This document shows positions 1 to 12,174 of a stretch of 64,000 nucleotides of DNA, piece by piece. Positions within the stretch are counted from its first letter, which is position 1. The number at the start of each line of letters is the position of its first letter. The notes below the pieces were generated by a model. It did no database searches. It was not told the DNA's origin and saw only the letters and a list, made by a program, of their open reading frames with translations. The translations under genes and the position numbers were made by a program. Source of the stretch: an uncultured Gemmatimonadales bacterium (lineage in GTDB: Bacteria > Gemmatimonadota > Gemmatimonadetes > Gemmatimonadales > GWC2-71-9); NCBI GenBank assembly GCA_963779755.1, contig CAVZZO010000001.1, positions 1,920,001-1,984,000 of the forward strand, given 5' to 3'.

Positions 1-503
1 AGGCGGCCGATACCGGCCACCTGGTGTTCTCCACGCTGCACACCACCGATGCGACCCAGACCATCAACCGGGTGATCTCCTTCTATCCGCCGCACCAGCA
101 CCAGGAGATCCGCTCGCTCCTCTCCACCGCGCTGGCCGCCGTGGTGTGCCTGCGCCTGGTGCCCCGAACCGACGGCAAGGGGCGGGTGCCGGCCTGCGAG
201 GTGCTGATCAACACGGCCGCCGTGGCGGACAACATCCGCGATATCGAAAAGGCGCTCAACATTCCCGATCTCATCGCCGAGGGCACCGTCTCCTACGGCA
301 TGCAGTCGTTCGACCAGTCGCTCATGAAGTGGTACCGGGAGGGCGTGGTGAGCTATGAAAGCGCCCTCTTCTATTCCAGCAACCCGAGCGAGTTCGCGCT
401 GCGGGCCTCCGGGATCGATTCGGCCTCCGACCGCACCTTCACCGAGATCACCGGCGAAGAGCCGCGGCAGTCGGGCCCCCAGGACCAGCCCTTCTCACCC
501 TGA
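1..503 (+). CDS. pilT: Type IV pilus retraction ATPase, PilT/PilU family (5' end outside window)
   Basis: [14 protein letters not shown]is-box and C-terminal GMQSFDQSL motif; frame is open from the window edge. Confidence 0.9.
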   Translation, partial: AADTGHLVFSTLHTTDATQTINRVISFYPPHQHQEIRSLLSTALAAVVCLRLVPRTDGKGRVPACEVLINTAAVADNIRDIEKALNIPDLIAEGTVSYGMQSFDQSLMKWYREGVVSYESALFYSSNPSEFALRASGIDSASDRTFTEITGEEPRQSGPQDQPFSP

Positions 504-1861
504 TGTTCAACAAGGTGCTGATCGCGAACCGCGGAGAGATCGCTCTGCGGATCATTCGCGCGTGCCGGGAGCTGGGTGTGCAGACCGTGGCCGTCTACAG
601 CGAGGCCGACCGCGAGTCGCTGCACGTACGCTTTGCCGACGACGACGTCTGTATCGGGCCGCCGCCGGCCCGGCAGTCCTATCTGCGGATTCCTCATCTC
701 ATCGCCGCGGCCGAGATCACCGGCGCCGACGCCATCCATCCCGGCTACGGCTTTCTGGCGGAAAACGCCGAATTCGCCGATACCTGCCGGGCCAGCAACA
801 TCACCTTCATCGGCCCCACCGGCGACCAGATCCGCTCCATGGGCGACAAGGCCACGGCGCGCCGCCTGGCCCAGGAGGCGGGCGTCCCCACGGTGCCCGG
901 CAGCACGGGCACCATCGAGGAGATGGACGAAGCCCTGGGAGTGGCCGGGGAAATCGGCTACCCCGTGATCATCAAGGCGACGGCCGGCGGGGGCGGGAAG
1001 GGGATGCGCATCGCCAACGACGCGGAGCAGTTCGCCCAGGTGTTCGGGCTGGCCCAGAACGAGGCGCTGGCCGCCTTCGGCAACAAGTCCGTCTACGTGG
1101 AGCGGTACCTCTCCCGCCCCCGGCACGTGGAAATCCAGGTCCTGGGCGACAGCCACGGAACCGTCACCCATCTGGGCGAGCGGGACTGCTCGGTGCAGCG
1201 GCGGCATCAGAAACTGATCGAAGAGAGCCCCAGCCCGGCGCTCACCACCGACCTGCGGGCGCAGATGGGCGAGGCGGCGGTCCGGCTGGCGGCGGCCATC
1301 AACTACGAGGGCGCCGGCACCATCGAATTCCTGCTGGACGAAGACGGCAGCTTCTATTTCATGGAGATGAACACCCGGATCCAGGTGGAGCACCCGGTGA
1401 CCGAGATGGTCACCAGTTTCGACCTGGTCAAGGACCAGATCCGCATCGCCGCGGGCGAGCGGCTGAGCTTCCAGGGCGACGGAACCAGGCTGCGGGGGCA
1501 CTCCATCGAGTGCCGGGTCAATGCCGAGGACCCGTACCGGAACTTCCAGCCCTCGCCGGGGACCATCAGCGCCTATCACCCGCCGGGCGGACCGGGGGTG
1601 CGTGTGGACAGCCATATCTACGACGGCTACACCGTCCCGCCCTATTACGATTCGCTGCTGGCCAAGGTCATCGTGCACGGGAACTCCCGCGCCGAGGCGC
1701 TCAACCGCATGGCCCAGGCGCTGGACAGCTTCATCATTGAAGGCGTCACCACGACCATCCCTTTCCTGGCGCGGGTGATCCGCCACCCCGATTTCGTCGC
1801 CGGCACCGTGGATACCCGGTTCCTGGAGCGCGAGCCCCACCTGCTGCGACCCGAGACATGA
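503..1861 (+). CDS. accC: Acetyl-CoA carboxylase, biotin carboxylase subunit
   Basis: [46 protein letters not shown]. Confidence 0.97.
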   Translation: MFNKVLIANRGEIALRIIRACRELGVQTVAVYSEADRESLHVRFADDDVCIGPPPARQSYLRIPHLIAAAEITGADAIHPGYGFLAENAEFADTCRASNITFIGPTGDQIRSMGDKATARRLAQEAGVPTVPGSTGTIEEMDEALGVAGEIGYPVIIKATAGGGGKGMRIANDAEQFAQVFGLAQNEALAAFGNKSVYVERYLSRPRHVEIQVLGDSHGTVTHLGERDCSVQRRHQKLIEESPSPALTTDLRAQMGEAAVRLAAAINYEGAGTIEFLLDEDGSFYFMEMNTRIQVEHPVTEMVTSFDLVKDQIRIAAGERLSFQGDGTRLRGHSIECRVNAEDPYRNFQPSPGTISAYHPPGGPGVRVDSHIYDGYTVPPYYDSLLAKVIVHGNSRAEALNRMAQALDSFIIEGVTTTIPFLARVIRHPDFVAGTVDTRFLEREPHLLRPET

Positions 1862-2594
1862 CGCTGGATGTCGTCTTCACGCCGGACGGCCTGGCACCCG
1901 GGGGGCTGGCGGGACGGGCGGTGTTCGTGATCGACATCCTCCGGGCCATGACCTCCATGTGTACCGCGCTGCGGCACGGCGCCCGCGCGGTGGTGCCCGC
2001 GCCCTCCACCGAAGAAGCGCTCCGGATGGCGCAGACCCTGGGCCCGCCCGACGTGGTGCTCGCCGGGGAACGGCACTGCGAGCGCATCCCCGGTTTTGCG
2101 CTGGGCAACAGCCCGCGGGAGATGGCGGCGGCGGCGGTGCGGGGCAAGACGGTGATCATGTGCACCACCAACGGCACCCGCGCGCTGCTGGCCACGCAGG
2201 GGGCGGCGGCGGTGTATCCCGCGGCGGCCGTCAACCTCGCGGCGGCGGGTCGGAGGGCGGAGGAGGTGCTGGAGCGCGACGGCAGTCTGGTAATCCTCTG
2301 CGCGGGCCGCGAGGGCGATTTTGCCCTGGAGGACGCCTATTGCGCCGGCCGTCTGGCCGTGGCCGCCATGGGGGGGCGGCGGCGTACCCGCGGCCTCAAC
2401 GATGCCGCCCTGGCTGCCCTCGATTTGGTCCGCCGCTACGGCGAACGCTGGGACCGGCCGCTGCGGGCCAGCCGGGCGGGCCGGCAACTGGCCCGCCTGG
2501 GCTACGGCGAGGATGTGCTGGAAGCGGGAAATCAGGACAGCTGCGCGCTCCTGCTCACCTATCACGACCGGCGCGTGACCGCGTCGGCAGCCTC

Positions 2595-2598
<4 letters not shown>
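1858..2598 (+). CDS. comB: 2-phosphosulfolactate phosphatase family protein
   Basis: VIDILRA, GERH, LGNSP, TTNGT, ALED motifs; ATGA overlap with accC. Confidence 0.88.
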
Positions 2599-4823
<2,225 letters not shown>

Positions 4824-4992
4824 GGGACCAGGAATCAGGGACCAGGGACCAGGGACTCAGGGACTCAGGGACCAGGGACTCAGGGACTCAGGGACCAGAG
4901 ACTCAGGGACCAGGGACCAGGGACCAGGGAACAGGTAACGGGAACGGGGTGCGACCCAAGGTTCCTGATTCCTGATTCCCGGTTCCTTTTTT
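4824..4992. repeat. GGGACCA/GGGACTCA tandem array plus inverted GATTCCT-type arm and T-run (terminator-like)
   Basis: About 16 7-8-nt units at 4824-4948 directly after the ftsK stop; complementary arm gttcctgattcctgattcccggttcc followed by tttttt at about 4960-4992. Confidence 0.9.
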
Positions 4993-5053
4993 CCGCTCCG
5001 TTTCGCGCTCGGAGGGTGACACTCCTCCGTCGCCCCTGCGCTATCCTCGCTGC

Positions 5054-5452
5054 ATGCACACCCGTCGTTTCATCCCCACCGAAGAATGGGAAGACGCCCG
5101 GCAGCTCCGGGGGCTCCGCGGCGAGCGGGCTGCCCTGGCCTGGCTTATCGCCTGCGGCTGGGAGGTCGAGGCGCACCGGTTCCGCCTGGGGCGGCACGAT
5201 ATCGACCTCATCATGCGGCGCGGCGGCATCGTCGCCTTCGTCGAGGTCAAGACCCGGCGGGGCCACGCCTGCGGCACTCCCCTCGAGGCCGTGGGTCGCC
5301 GGAAACAGAGCACCATCGGACGTGTCGCGGAGCTCTGGCGGCTGCGCTACGGGAGGCCGGGAGATAGCTACCGGTTCGATGTGGTGGCGGTGGATGAGCT
5401 CGAAGCCGGTCGAATGGAGATTCAGCACCTGGAGGATGCGTGGCGGCTTTAG
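5054..5452 (+). CDS. yraN: YraN/UPF0102 family nuclease-fold protein
   Basis: GERAA, DIDLI, FVEVKTR, RFDVVAV, HLEDAW. Confidence 0.9.
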   Translation: MHTRRFIPTEEWEDARQLRGLRGERAALAWLIACGWEVEAHRFRLGRHDIDLIMRRGGIVAFVEVKTRRGHACGTPLEAVGRRKQSTIGRVAELWRLRYGRPGDSYRFDVVAVDELEAGRMEIQHLEDAWRL

Positions 5453-5919
5453 CGAGGGACCAGGGATCGGGAATCGGGAATCAGGGGAACGCACCCAGGA
5501 TTCGGAACTTTCGCGACCTGCTCGTCTGGCAAGCAGCCATTGACCTGGCAGTGGAGACATATCGTATCGCCGCCAACCTGCCAGATTCTGAGCGCTACGG
5601 CCTGCGTGCGCAAATGCAGCGGGCCTCGGTGTCTGTGGCCGCCAATATCGCCGAGGGAAATGGCCGAGCGGCGACCGGCGCCTATATCAACCATCTCGGA
5701 ATCGCGCACGGCTCCCTCATGGAGTTGGAAACCTATCTGGTGCTCGTGGTTCGCCTCAGGTTTCTCGGTTCCGAGGATACAGCCTCCTCCGCTTCCCTTG
5801 CCCGCGAAACAGGCAAGATGCTGCGACGCCTGATCCTGCGCCTGAAGGAACGTGTAGGCCGGACCGCCCAAGAGCCAGGATCAAGGGGAGAGGGCGGACG
5901 CCGTATTCCCGATTCCTGA
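5440..5919 (+). CDS. Four-helix-bundle protein (23S rRNA IVS protein / Avd-like family); start uncertain
   Basis: FRDLLVWQ, ERYGLRAQMQRASVSVAANIAEG, AHGSLMELET. Confidence 0.9.
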   Translation: MAALARDQGSGIGNQGNAPRIRNFRDLLVWQAAIDLAVETYRIAANLPDSERYGLRAQMQRASVSVAANIAEGNGRAATGAYINHLGIAHGSLMELETYLVLVVRLRFLGSEDTASSASLARETGKMLRRLILRLKERVGRTAQEPGSRGEGGRRIPDS

Positions 5920-5932
5920 TTCCTCGTCCCTC
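5454..5932. mobile_element. Putative element bounded by 29-bp imperfect inverted repeats made of GGGAATC-type heptamers, enclosing the four-helix-bundle gene
   Basis: Left arm 5454-5482 gagggaccagggatcgggaatcgggaatc; right arm 5904-5932 reverse complement gagggacgaggaatcaggaatcgggaata; mobility is inferred only. Confidence 0.55.
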
Positions 5933-5961
5933 TTGCTTCGGATTTTGTTCGGCAATAGATT
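5933..5961 (+). promoter_or_regulatory. Sigma70-type recA promoter with candidate LexA box
   Basis: TTGCTT-17 nt-TAGATT; CTTC-N7-GTTC direct repeat (5936-5950) overlaps the -35 and spacer. Confidence 0.65.
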
Positions 5962-6011
5962 AGTTCCTATCGCAGTGGCGCAAAATCAGTCACCCCAATA
6001 CCGAGGGCCCC

Positions 6012-7064
6012 ATGGCCGCAACCGATGAGTCCCGTCTCGACGCCGAGAAGCGCAAGGCGCTGAACCTCGCCATTTCCCAGATCGAAAAGCAGCTCGGCAA
6101 GGGGTCCATCATGCGGATGGGGTCGGAAACGCCCCGGGTCCGGGTGGCGGCCATTCCCACCGGGGCCATCAACCTCGATGCGGCCATCGGCATCGGCGGG
6201 GTGCCCCGGGGCCGGATCACCGAGATTTACGGCCCGGAAGCCTCCGGAAAGACAACCCTGACCCTGCACCTGGCAGCCAACGTCCAGCGGCTGGGCGGTG
6301 TCGCGGCCTACGTGGACGCGGAGCACGCGCTGGATATCGAATACGCCCGCAAGCTCGGTGTGGACGTGGAGAATCTCCTGGTCTCCCAGCCCGACACCGG
6401 GGAACAGGCGCTGGAGATCGTCGAAATCCTGGTGCGCTCGGGCGCGGTGGATCTGGTGGTGATCGATTCGGTGGCCGCCCTGGTGCCCAAGGCGGAAATC
6501 GAAGGCGAAATGGGCGACAGCCACGTGGGGCTCCAGGCCCGGCTCATGAGCCAGGCGCTGCGGAAGCTGGCGGGCGCCATCAACCGCTCCAACTGCGCCG
6601 TGGTGTTCATCAACCAGCTGCGCGAAAAGATCGGCGTCATGTTCGGCAACCCCGAGACTACCACCGGCGGCAAGGCGCTCAAGTTCTACGCCTCGGTGCG
6701 GCTGGATATCCGGCGGGTGGGTGCGGTGAAGGAGCGGGAAAACGTGATCGGCAACCACGTGCGGGTCAAAGTGGTGAAGAACAAGGTCGCGCCGCCCTTC
6801 AAGCAGGCCGAATTCGACGTCATGTTCGACGAAGGCATCAGCCATACCTCCCTCCTGGTAGATATCGCCGCCGAAGCCAACATCATCCAGAAGTCTGGGG
6901 CCTGGTACTCCTATGGCGACCAGCGCATCGGCCAGGGCCGGGAGAACGCCAAGCTCTTCCTGCGCGACAACGCCGCGCTGCAGGCCGAGGTCGAACAGAA
7001 AGTGCTCGATTATCTCGGCATCCGTCCCACGGTAACCGCCGGAGCGGCGGAGGATGAAGACTGA
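6012..7064 (+). CDS. recA: Recombinase RecA
   Basis: [23 protein letters not shown]. Confidence 0.99.
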   Translation: MAATDESRLDAEKRKALNLAISQIEKQLGKGSIMRMGSETPRVRVAAIPTGAINLDAAIGIGGVPRGRITEIYGPEASGKTTLTLHLAANVQRLGGVAAYVDAEHALDIEYARKLGVDVENLLVSQPDTGEQALEIVEILVRSGAVDLVVIDSVAALVPKAEIEGEMGDSHVGLQARLMSQALRKLAGAINRSNCAVVFINQLREKIGVMFGNPETTTGGKALKFYASVRLDIRRVGAVKERENVIGNHVRVKVVKNKVAPPFKQAEFDVMFDEGISHTSLLVDIAAEANIIQKSGAWYSYGDQRIGQGRENAKLFLRDNAALQAEVEQKVLDYLGIRPTVTAGAAEDED

Positions 7065-7737
7065 GCTCCCGTTAAGCGGCGCCTCCGCCACGGAGGAGCG
7101 GGCTGCGGGGCGGATTACCGCCCTGGAGCCCGATCCTCGCATGCCCGGGGCCGTCCGGGTGGCGGTCGACGGCCGGCTGCAGTGGACCGTCGCCGCCGAG
7201 GCCGCCGATGGCGCCGGACTGCGGGCGGGGCTGGAGGTCACCGCGGCCCTGGAGCGTCTGCTGGAACGGGCGGCCGATGCCCAGGCCGCCTGGCGCGCAG
7301 TACTCGCCGCGCTGGCCCGCCGCGGCTATGCCCGGCGCGATCTGGCCCGCCGGCTGACCCAGCGTGGCCACCCCCGGCCGGCGGTCGATCAGGCGCTGGA
7401 TCGCGCCGCGGCGGCGGGGCTGCTCAATGATGCCGAGTTTGCCCGGCACTATGCCCAGGTGAAGGCGGCGCGCGGCCGGGGGCCCGCGCGCCTGCTGCGC
7501 GACCTGCTGTTGATGGGGGTCGAACGCGGGGTGGCCGACCAGGCGATTGCGCAGGAATGGGAGGAGAACGGCACCGGCGACGACATGCCGCGCCGGCTGG
7601 CGCAGCGCCGGTCGTCGCAGCTGGGCGATCTGCCGCGGGAGGTCAAGCTGCGGCGGGTGAAGGCCTACCTCGCCCGGCGCGGGTTCAGCGGGCCGGCGAT
7701 CAGCCGGATGGTGCGGGAGGTGCTGGGCGGCTCGTAG
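7054..7737 (+). CDS. recX: Regulatory protein RecX
   Basis: Follows rec[23 protein letters not shown]. Confidence 0.9.
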   Translation: MKTELPLSGASATEERAAGRITALEPDPRMPGAVRVAVDGRLQWTVAAEAADGAGLRAGLEVTAALERLLERAADAQAAWRAVLAALARRGYARRDLARRLTQRGHPRPAVDQALDRAAAAGLLNDAEFARHYAQVKAARGRGPARLLRDLLLMGVERGVADQAIAQEWEENGTGDDMPRRLAQRRSSQLGDLPREVKLRRVKAYLARRGFSGPAISRMVREVLGGS

Positions 7738-7815
7738 GGGCGTGGCATGCCACGCCCCTGCGAGCCGCCACGGCATGCACGCCCCTACGAGCCGCCCGGC
7801 ATGCCACGCCCCTAC
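7734..7815. repeat. GTAG-foot REP-like palindrome cluster
   Basis: GTAGGGGCGTGGCATGCCACGCCCCTGC followed by two GGCATG(C)CACGCCCCTAC half-units. Confidence 0.8.
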
Positions 7816-7859
7816 GAGCCGCAGTGGGCACGGCGCCGCCGTGCCCTTACATTTCCCGC

Positions 7860-10490
7860 ATGCACTCCAGCGCGATCCGCCGTCTCTTCCTCGACTTCTT
7901 TGTGGCTCGGGGGCACCGCGAGGTGCCCTCGTCGTCCCTGGTCCCCGCCGACGATCCCACGCTGCTCTTCACCAACGCCGGCATGGTGCAGTTCAAGCGG
8001 GTGTTCCTGGGGCAGGATCATCGCGACTATACCCGGGCCACCACGGTGCAGAAGTGCGTGCGGGCCGGGGGCAAGCACAACGACCTGGAGCAGGTCGGGC
8101 TTACCCGGCGGCACCACACGTTCTTCGAGATGCTGGGGAATTTTTCCTTCGGCGATTACTTCAAGCGCGACGCGATCGCCTTCGCCTGGGAGTTCGTGAC
8201 CAGCGCCGACTATCTCGGCCTGGACCCGGCCCGGCTCCGGGTTTCCGTCCATCACAGCGATGAAGAAGCCCGCGCCCTGTGGCGGGAGATCACCGGCCTG
8301 CCCGACCACCGTATCTACGGCCTGGGCGACGCGGACAATTTCTGGCAGATGGGCGACACCGGTCCCTGCGGCCCCTGCAGCGAGATCTTCGTGGATCTCG
8401 AATGGAATCCGGGCGCGGCGCCGGCGCGGATCGACCGGCCCGAATTCGAACGGCTGGCGGAGGCCGGCCGGTTCCTGGAGATCTGGAACCTGGTCTTCAT
8501 GCAGTATGACCGGCAGGCGGACGGTGCGCTGACCCCGCTGCCCCGGCCGTCGGTGGACACCGGGGCCGGGCTGGAGCGCATCGCCGCCGTGATGCAGCAG
8601 GAAGACGATAATTTTCACACCGATCTCTTCCTGCCCATTCTGCGGCGTGCCGAAGCGCTGATCGGCCGCCCCTATACCCGGACCGCCACCGGCACCGATA
8701 TCTCCTTCCGCGTGCTGGCCGACCACGCCCGTGCCGTCGGCTTCCTGCTGGCCGACGGCGTTTACCCCGGCAACGAGGGGCGCGGCTACGTGTTGCGCCG
8801 CATCCTCCGGCGCGCGGTGCGGCACGCCTGGCTGCTGGGCCGCCGGGAGCCGACCCTGGCGCAGCTCACCCGGACGGTGGTGGAGCTTATGGGCGAGGCC
8901 TATCCCGAGCTTCAGGCCCGCGCGGAGTTCATCCAGCAGACCACCGCGGCGGAAGAGCAGCGCTTTCTGGAGACCATCGAGGGCGGGCTGCGGCGCCTGG
9001 AGGAGCTCTTCGGCTCCGGGGCCAGGGAAATCCCCGGCGAGGAAGCCTTCAAGCTGTACGACACCTACGGGTTCCCGGTCGACCTGACGCAGCTCATCGC
9101 GGCGGAGCGCGGCCTGCAAGTGGACCTCGAAGGCTTCGAGCGCGCGCTGGAGGAGCAACGCGAGCGCTCCCGCGAAGCCGCCTCCCGGGCGAAGGGGACG
9201 GAATCCGGTGCGCCGGCCATCCACACCACCGACGGCGCCGACTGGCGGACGCTGCGCTCCGGTGCGCAGGAATTCGTCGGCTATACCAGCGACGAAGCCG
9301 AGACCGATCTGCTGGCCTTCCGGCAGGAAGGCGACCGGGTGGAGCTGGTGCTGCGGGAGAATCCCTTCTATGCCGAGTCCGGCGGCCAGGTGAGCGATAC
9401 CGGCGGCCTCACCGGCCAGGGCTGGTCGCTCCGGGTGGAGGATGTGCGCAAGGATCCGCGGGGGACGGTGCTGGGTGGCCGGTTCGGCGAAACCTTTGAG
9501 CCCACGCCGCTCGATGCCCGGGTGGACCGCAGCCGGCGCCGCAGCATCGAACGCAACCACAGCGCCACCCACCTGGTCCATGCGGCGCTGCGCCGGGTGC
9601 TGGGGACGCATGTGCGGCAGCAGGGCTCGCTGGTGGACGCCGACCGGCTGCGGTTCGACTTCTCTCACCACGGGCCGATCGACCCCGCCACGCTGCAGTC
9701 TATCGAGCGCGACGTGAACGAGCAGATCCTCGCCAACGCACCGGTTACCACCCGGGAGATGGCGTACCCCGATGCCCTGCGGCTGGGCGCCATGGCGTTC
9801 TTCTCCGAGAAGTACGGCGACATCGTCCGGGTGGTGCAGATGGGCGACTCCATCGAGCTGTGCGGCGGCACCCATGTTCGTTCCACCGGGCAGGTCGGGC
9901 TCTTCCGCTTCGCCAGCCAGGGCGGGGTCGCGGCCGGGGTCCGGCGCATCGAGGCGCTGACCGGCGAGCGGGCCTACGAGGCGGTGGTGGGGCTGCAGGA
10001 CCGGCTGCACCAGGTGGCCGATCTGCTCAAGGCGCAGCCCGAGCATCTGTCCCGCCGGGTGGAACAGCTGCTGGAAGAGCGCGCCCGGCTGGAGTCCCGC
10101 CTCTCGGAGCTGCTGAAGAGCGGCGCGGCGGCGCCGGAGGCCGGCACCGAGATGGACATCAACGGGGTGCGGCTGACGCTGGGCGAGGCGGGGACCGACA
10201 ACCGCGATGAAGTCGCCGCCATGGCCGACAGCTTCCGCAGCGGCCGCCAGAACGCCGTGCTGGTGCTGCTCGGCACGGGCGAACGCGCGTCGGTCCACGC
10301 CGCCGTCACCGACGACCTGGTGAAACGCGGCCGGCGGGCGGGCGATCTGGTGCAACGCATCGCGGCCGTGGCCGGTGGCCGTGGCGGCGGGCGTCCGCAG
10401 TTCGCCTCGGCCGGCCTGGGCGACGTCTCGCGGCTGGCGGCAGTGCGCGCCGCCGTTCCCACCGTGGTGGCACAGTGGCTGGCGGGATGA
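7860..10490 (+). CDS. alaS: Alanine--tRNA ligase
   Basis: DPTLLFTNAGM, HHTFFEMLGNFSFGDYFK, NHSATH editing motif, ELCGGTH; start at ATG 7860. Confidence 0.98.
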   Translation: MHSSAIRRLFLDFFVARGHREVPSSSLVPADDPTLLFTNAGMVQFKRVFLGQDHRDYTRATTVQKCVRAGGKHNDLEQVGLTRRHHTFFEMLGNFSFGDYFKRDAIAFAWEFVTSADYLGLDPARLRVSVHHSDEEARALWREITGLPDHRIYGLGDADNFWQMGDTGPCGPCSEIFVDLEWNPGAAPARIDRPEFERLAEAGRFLEIWNLVFMQYDRQADGALTPLPRPSVDTGAGLERIAAVMQQEDDNFHTDLFLPILRRAEALIGRPYTRTATGTDISFRVLADHARAVGFLLADGVYPGNEGRGYVLRRILRRAVRHAWLLGRREPTLAQLTRTVVELMGEAYPELQARAEFIQQTTAAEEQRFLETIEGGLRRLEELFGSGAREIPGEEAFKLYDTYGFPVDLTQLIAAERGLQVDLEGFERALEEQRERSREAASRAKGTESGAPAIHTTDGADWRTLRSGAQEFVGYTSDEAETDLLAFRQEGDRVELVLRENPFYAESGGQVSDTGGLTGQGWSLRVEDVRKDPRGTVLGGRFGETFEPTPLDARVDRSRRRSIERNHSATHLVHAALRRVLGTHVRQQGSLVDADRLRFDFSHHGPIDPATLQSIERDVNEQILANAPVTTREMAYPDALRLGAMAFFSEKYGDIVRVVQMGDSIELCGGTHVRSTGQVGLFRFASQGGVAAGVRRIEALTGERAYEAVVGLQDRLHQVADLLKAQPEHLSRRVEQLLEERARLESRLSELLKSGAAAPEAGTEMDINGVRLTLGEAGTDNRDEVAAMADSFRSGRQNAVLVLLGTGERASVHAAVTDDLVKRGRRAGDLVQRIAAVAGGRGGGRPQFASAGLGDVSRLAAVRAAVPTVVAQWLAG

Positions 10491-10789
10491 ACCCTGCCGA
10501 TTGGGTGGTGGCGCACAGCGTCCGGGCGCCGGGGCCGTTGCGCGACCGGGTGCTGGGCACCCTGGCCTCGGTCGAGCCAGGCGGCACCGCACCGGAGACC
10601 CTGGCGCGCGCGGCCGATGCTGCCCTGGCCCGGGTACTGGAACAGGAGTCGGGAGGGCGCGAGCTGGCGCTCGATCTGCTGAGCGCCGACGCGCTCATCA
10701 CCCAGGCACTGGAAGCGCAGGCGGAGCTCGATCCCGCCGGCCTGGAGGACTTCGCCACGCAGCGTCTCGACGCCTCGCTCCTGGCGTGA
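10487..10789 (+). CDS. Hypothetical helical protein
   Basis: ATGA and GTGA overlaps with both neighbours; ALDLLSADALIT. Confidence 0.75.
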   Translation: MNPADWVVAHSVRAPGPLRDRVLGTLASVEPGGTAPETLARAADAALARVLEQESGGRELALDLLSADALITQALEAQAELDPAGLEDFATQRLDASLLA

Positions 10790-11550
10790 TCGATCTCCAC
10801 TGCCATCTTCTGCCGGGAGTGGATGACGGCTCCCGCTCGGTGGAGCAGTCGGTGACGGTGCTGCGCGAGATGGCGCGGCACGGCATTACCGACGTCTGCC
10901 TGACGCCGCACCTGACGGCGAGCCGCCTGAACCACGGCATCCCGGCGCAGTTCGACGAGGCGTTCACCGCCCTGCGACAGGTGGCGCCCGCCTCGCCCCG
11001 GTTGACGCGGGCCGCCGAGGTCATGCTCGACTGCCCCCTGCGCTACGAGGTGGGTGCCGAACGCCGGGCCACGCTGGGCGGTTCCCGGTATATTCTCGTG
11101 GAGTTTCCCCGGCTGGTATCGGCGGACGTGGTCGAGCGCGCGCTGCGCGATGTGTTGCGGGTCGAACTGGTGCCGCTGCTGGCCCATCCCGAGCGTTACC
11201 GCTGCGGCACGGCGGGGAACGTGCGGAAGTGGCGCGCCCTGGGCGCCCGGATGCAGGTGGATGCGACCACCCTGGCCTCACCCCGCAAGCGGGGGCAGCG
11301 CGCGCGCGATCTCCTGGCGCTGGGTATGGCCGACATCGCCGCCGCGGACAACCACGGCGACGGACGCCTGCTTACCACGGTCCGCCAGCTGCTGGAGGCG
11401 CGCCACGGCGAGGAGCAGGCCGAGCTGCTGACCCGGGAGAACCCGGCCCGGATCCTGGCCGATCGCGAGCTGGAGCCGGTGCAGCCGGTTCCCTGGCATA
11501 CCTCCTGGTGGCGCCGTTTCAAACTCGCGCTGGAAGGCGACGATTTCTGA
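10786..11550 (+). CDS. CpsB/CapC-family PHP tyrosine phosphatase
   Basis: IDLHCHLLPGVDDG, TPH, AHPERY, ADNH. Confidence 0.9.
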   Translation: MIDLHCHLLPGVDDGSRSVEQSVTVLREMARHGITDVCLTPHLTASRLNHGIPAQFDEAFTALRQVAPASPRLTRAAEVMLDCPLRYEVGAERRATLGGSRYILVEFPRLVSADVVERALRDVLRVELVPLLAHPERYRCGTAGNVRKWRALGARMQVDATTLASPRKRGQRARDLLALGMADIAAADNHGDGRLLTTVRQLLEARHGEEQAELLTRENPARILADRELEPVQPVPWHTSWWRRFKLALEGDDF

Positions 11551-11568
11551 CCCCCGCAGGGAGCCCGC

Positions 11569-12174
11569 GTGACTCCTGATTCCGGCTCGACCCGCGACGC
11601 GGCGGGGCTGGTGACCGCCGAATTGCATGCCCTCGCCGATCTGGCCCGTGCCACCGCGGCCGATGCCGGCCTCATCATCCGCATCGCCGATCGCTACGCC
11701 GCGGTGCTGCGCGAAGGGGGCGCGCTGCTCTTTGCCGGGAACGGCGGCAGCGCCGCCGACGCGCAGCACCTGGCCACCGAATACGTGGTGCGCTTCCGGC
11801 GTGCCCGCCGGCCCTTTGCCGCCCTTGCGCTCACCACCGACAGCTCCCTGCTTACCGCCGCCGGCAACGATCTCGGGTTCGAGGCGATCTTCGCCCGGCA
11901 GGTGGAGGCGCTGGCGCGCCCCGGCGATCTGCTGGTGCTCCATACCACGAGCGGCGAGAGCCCCAACCTGTTGCGGGCCGCCGAAGCCGCCCGCGCCCGC
12001 GGCATCCCGGTGGTCGCCTTCCTGGGGCGGGGCGGAGGCCGCCTGCGCGCCCTGGCCGACGAGGCGCTGGTGATCGCCTCCGCTGAAACCAGTCACATCC
12101 AGGAGCTGCAGATGGCGGTGGAGCATATCATTGTCGAGCTGGTGGAGCGCCGCTTCGCCGGAGACGACGCATGA
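11569..12174 (+). CDS. gmhA: Phosphoheptose isomerase (SIS domain)
   Basis: GNGGSAADAQH, ALTTD, GND, TSGESPN, IQE. Confidence 0.9.
   Translation: MTPDSGSTRDAAGLVTAELHALADLARATAADAGLIIRIADRYAAVLREGGALLFAGNGGSAADAQHLATEYVVRFRRARRPFAALALTTDSSLLTAAGNDLGFEAIFARQVEALARPGDLLVLHTTSGESPNLLRAAEAARARGIPVVAFLGRGGGRLRALADEALVIASAETSHIQELQMAVEHIIVELVERRFAGDDA

Noticed and set aside
4824..4948. Repeat arrays as CRISPR (also 27397, 7734, 59571)
   Set aside because: No constant 23-50-bp repeat with unique spacers, and no cas genes
5440..5919. Diversity-generating retroelement suggested by the Avd-like protein
   Set aside because: No reverse transcriptase in the window; the 59.6-kb repeat pair is non-coding and I see no adenine-specific TR/VR pattern
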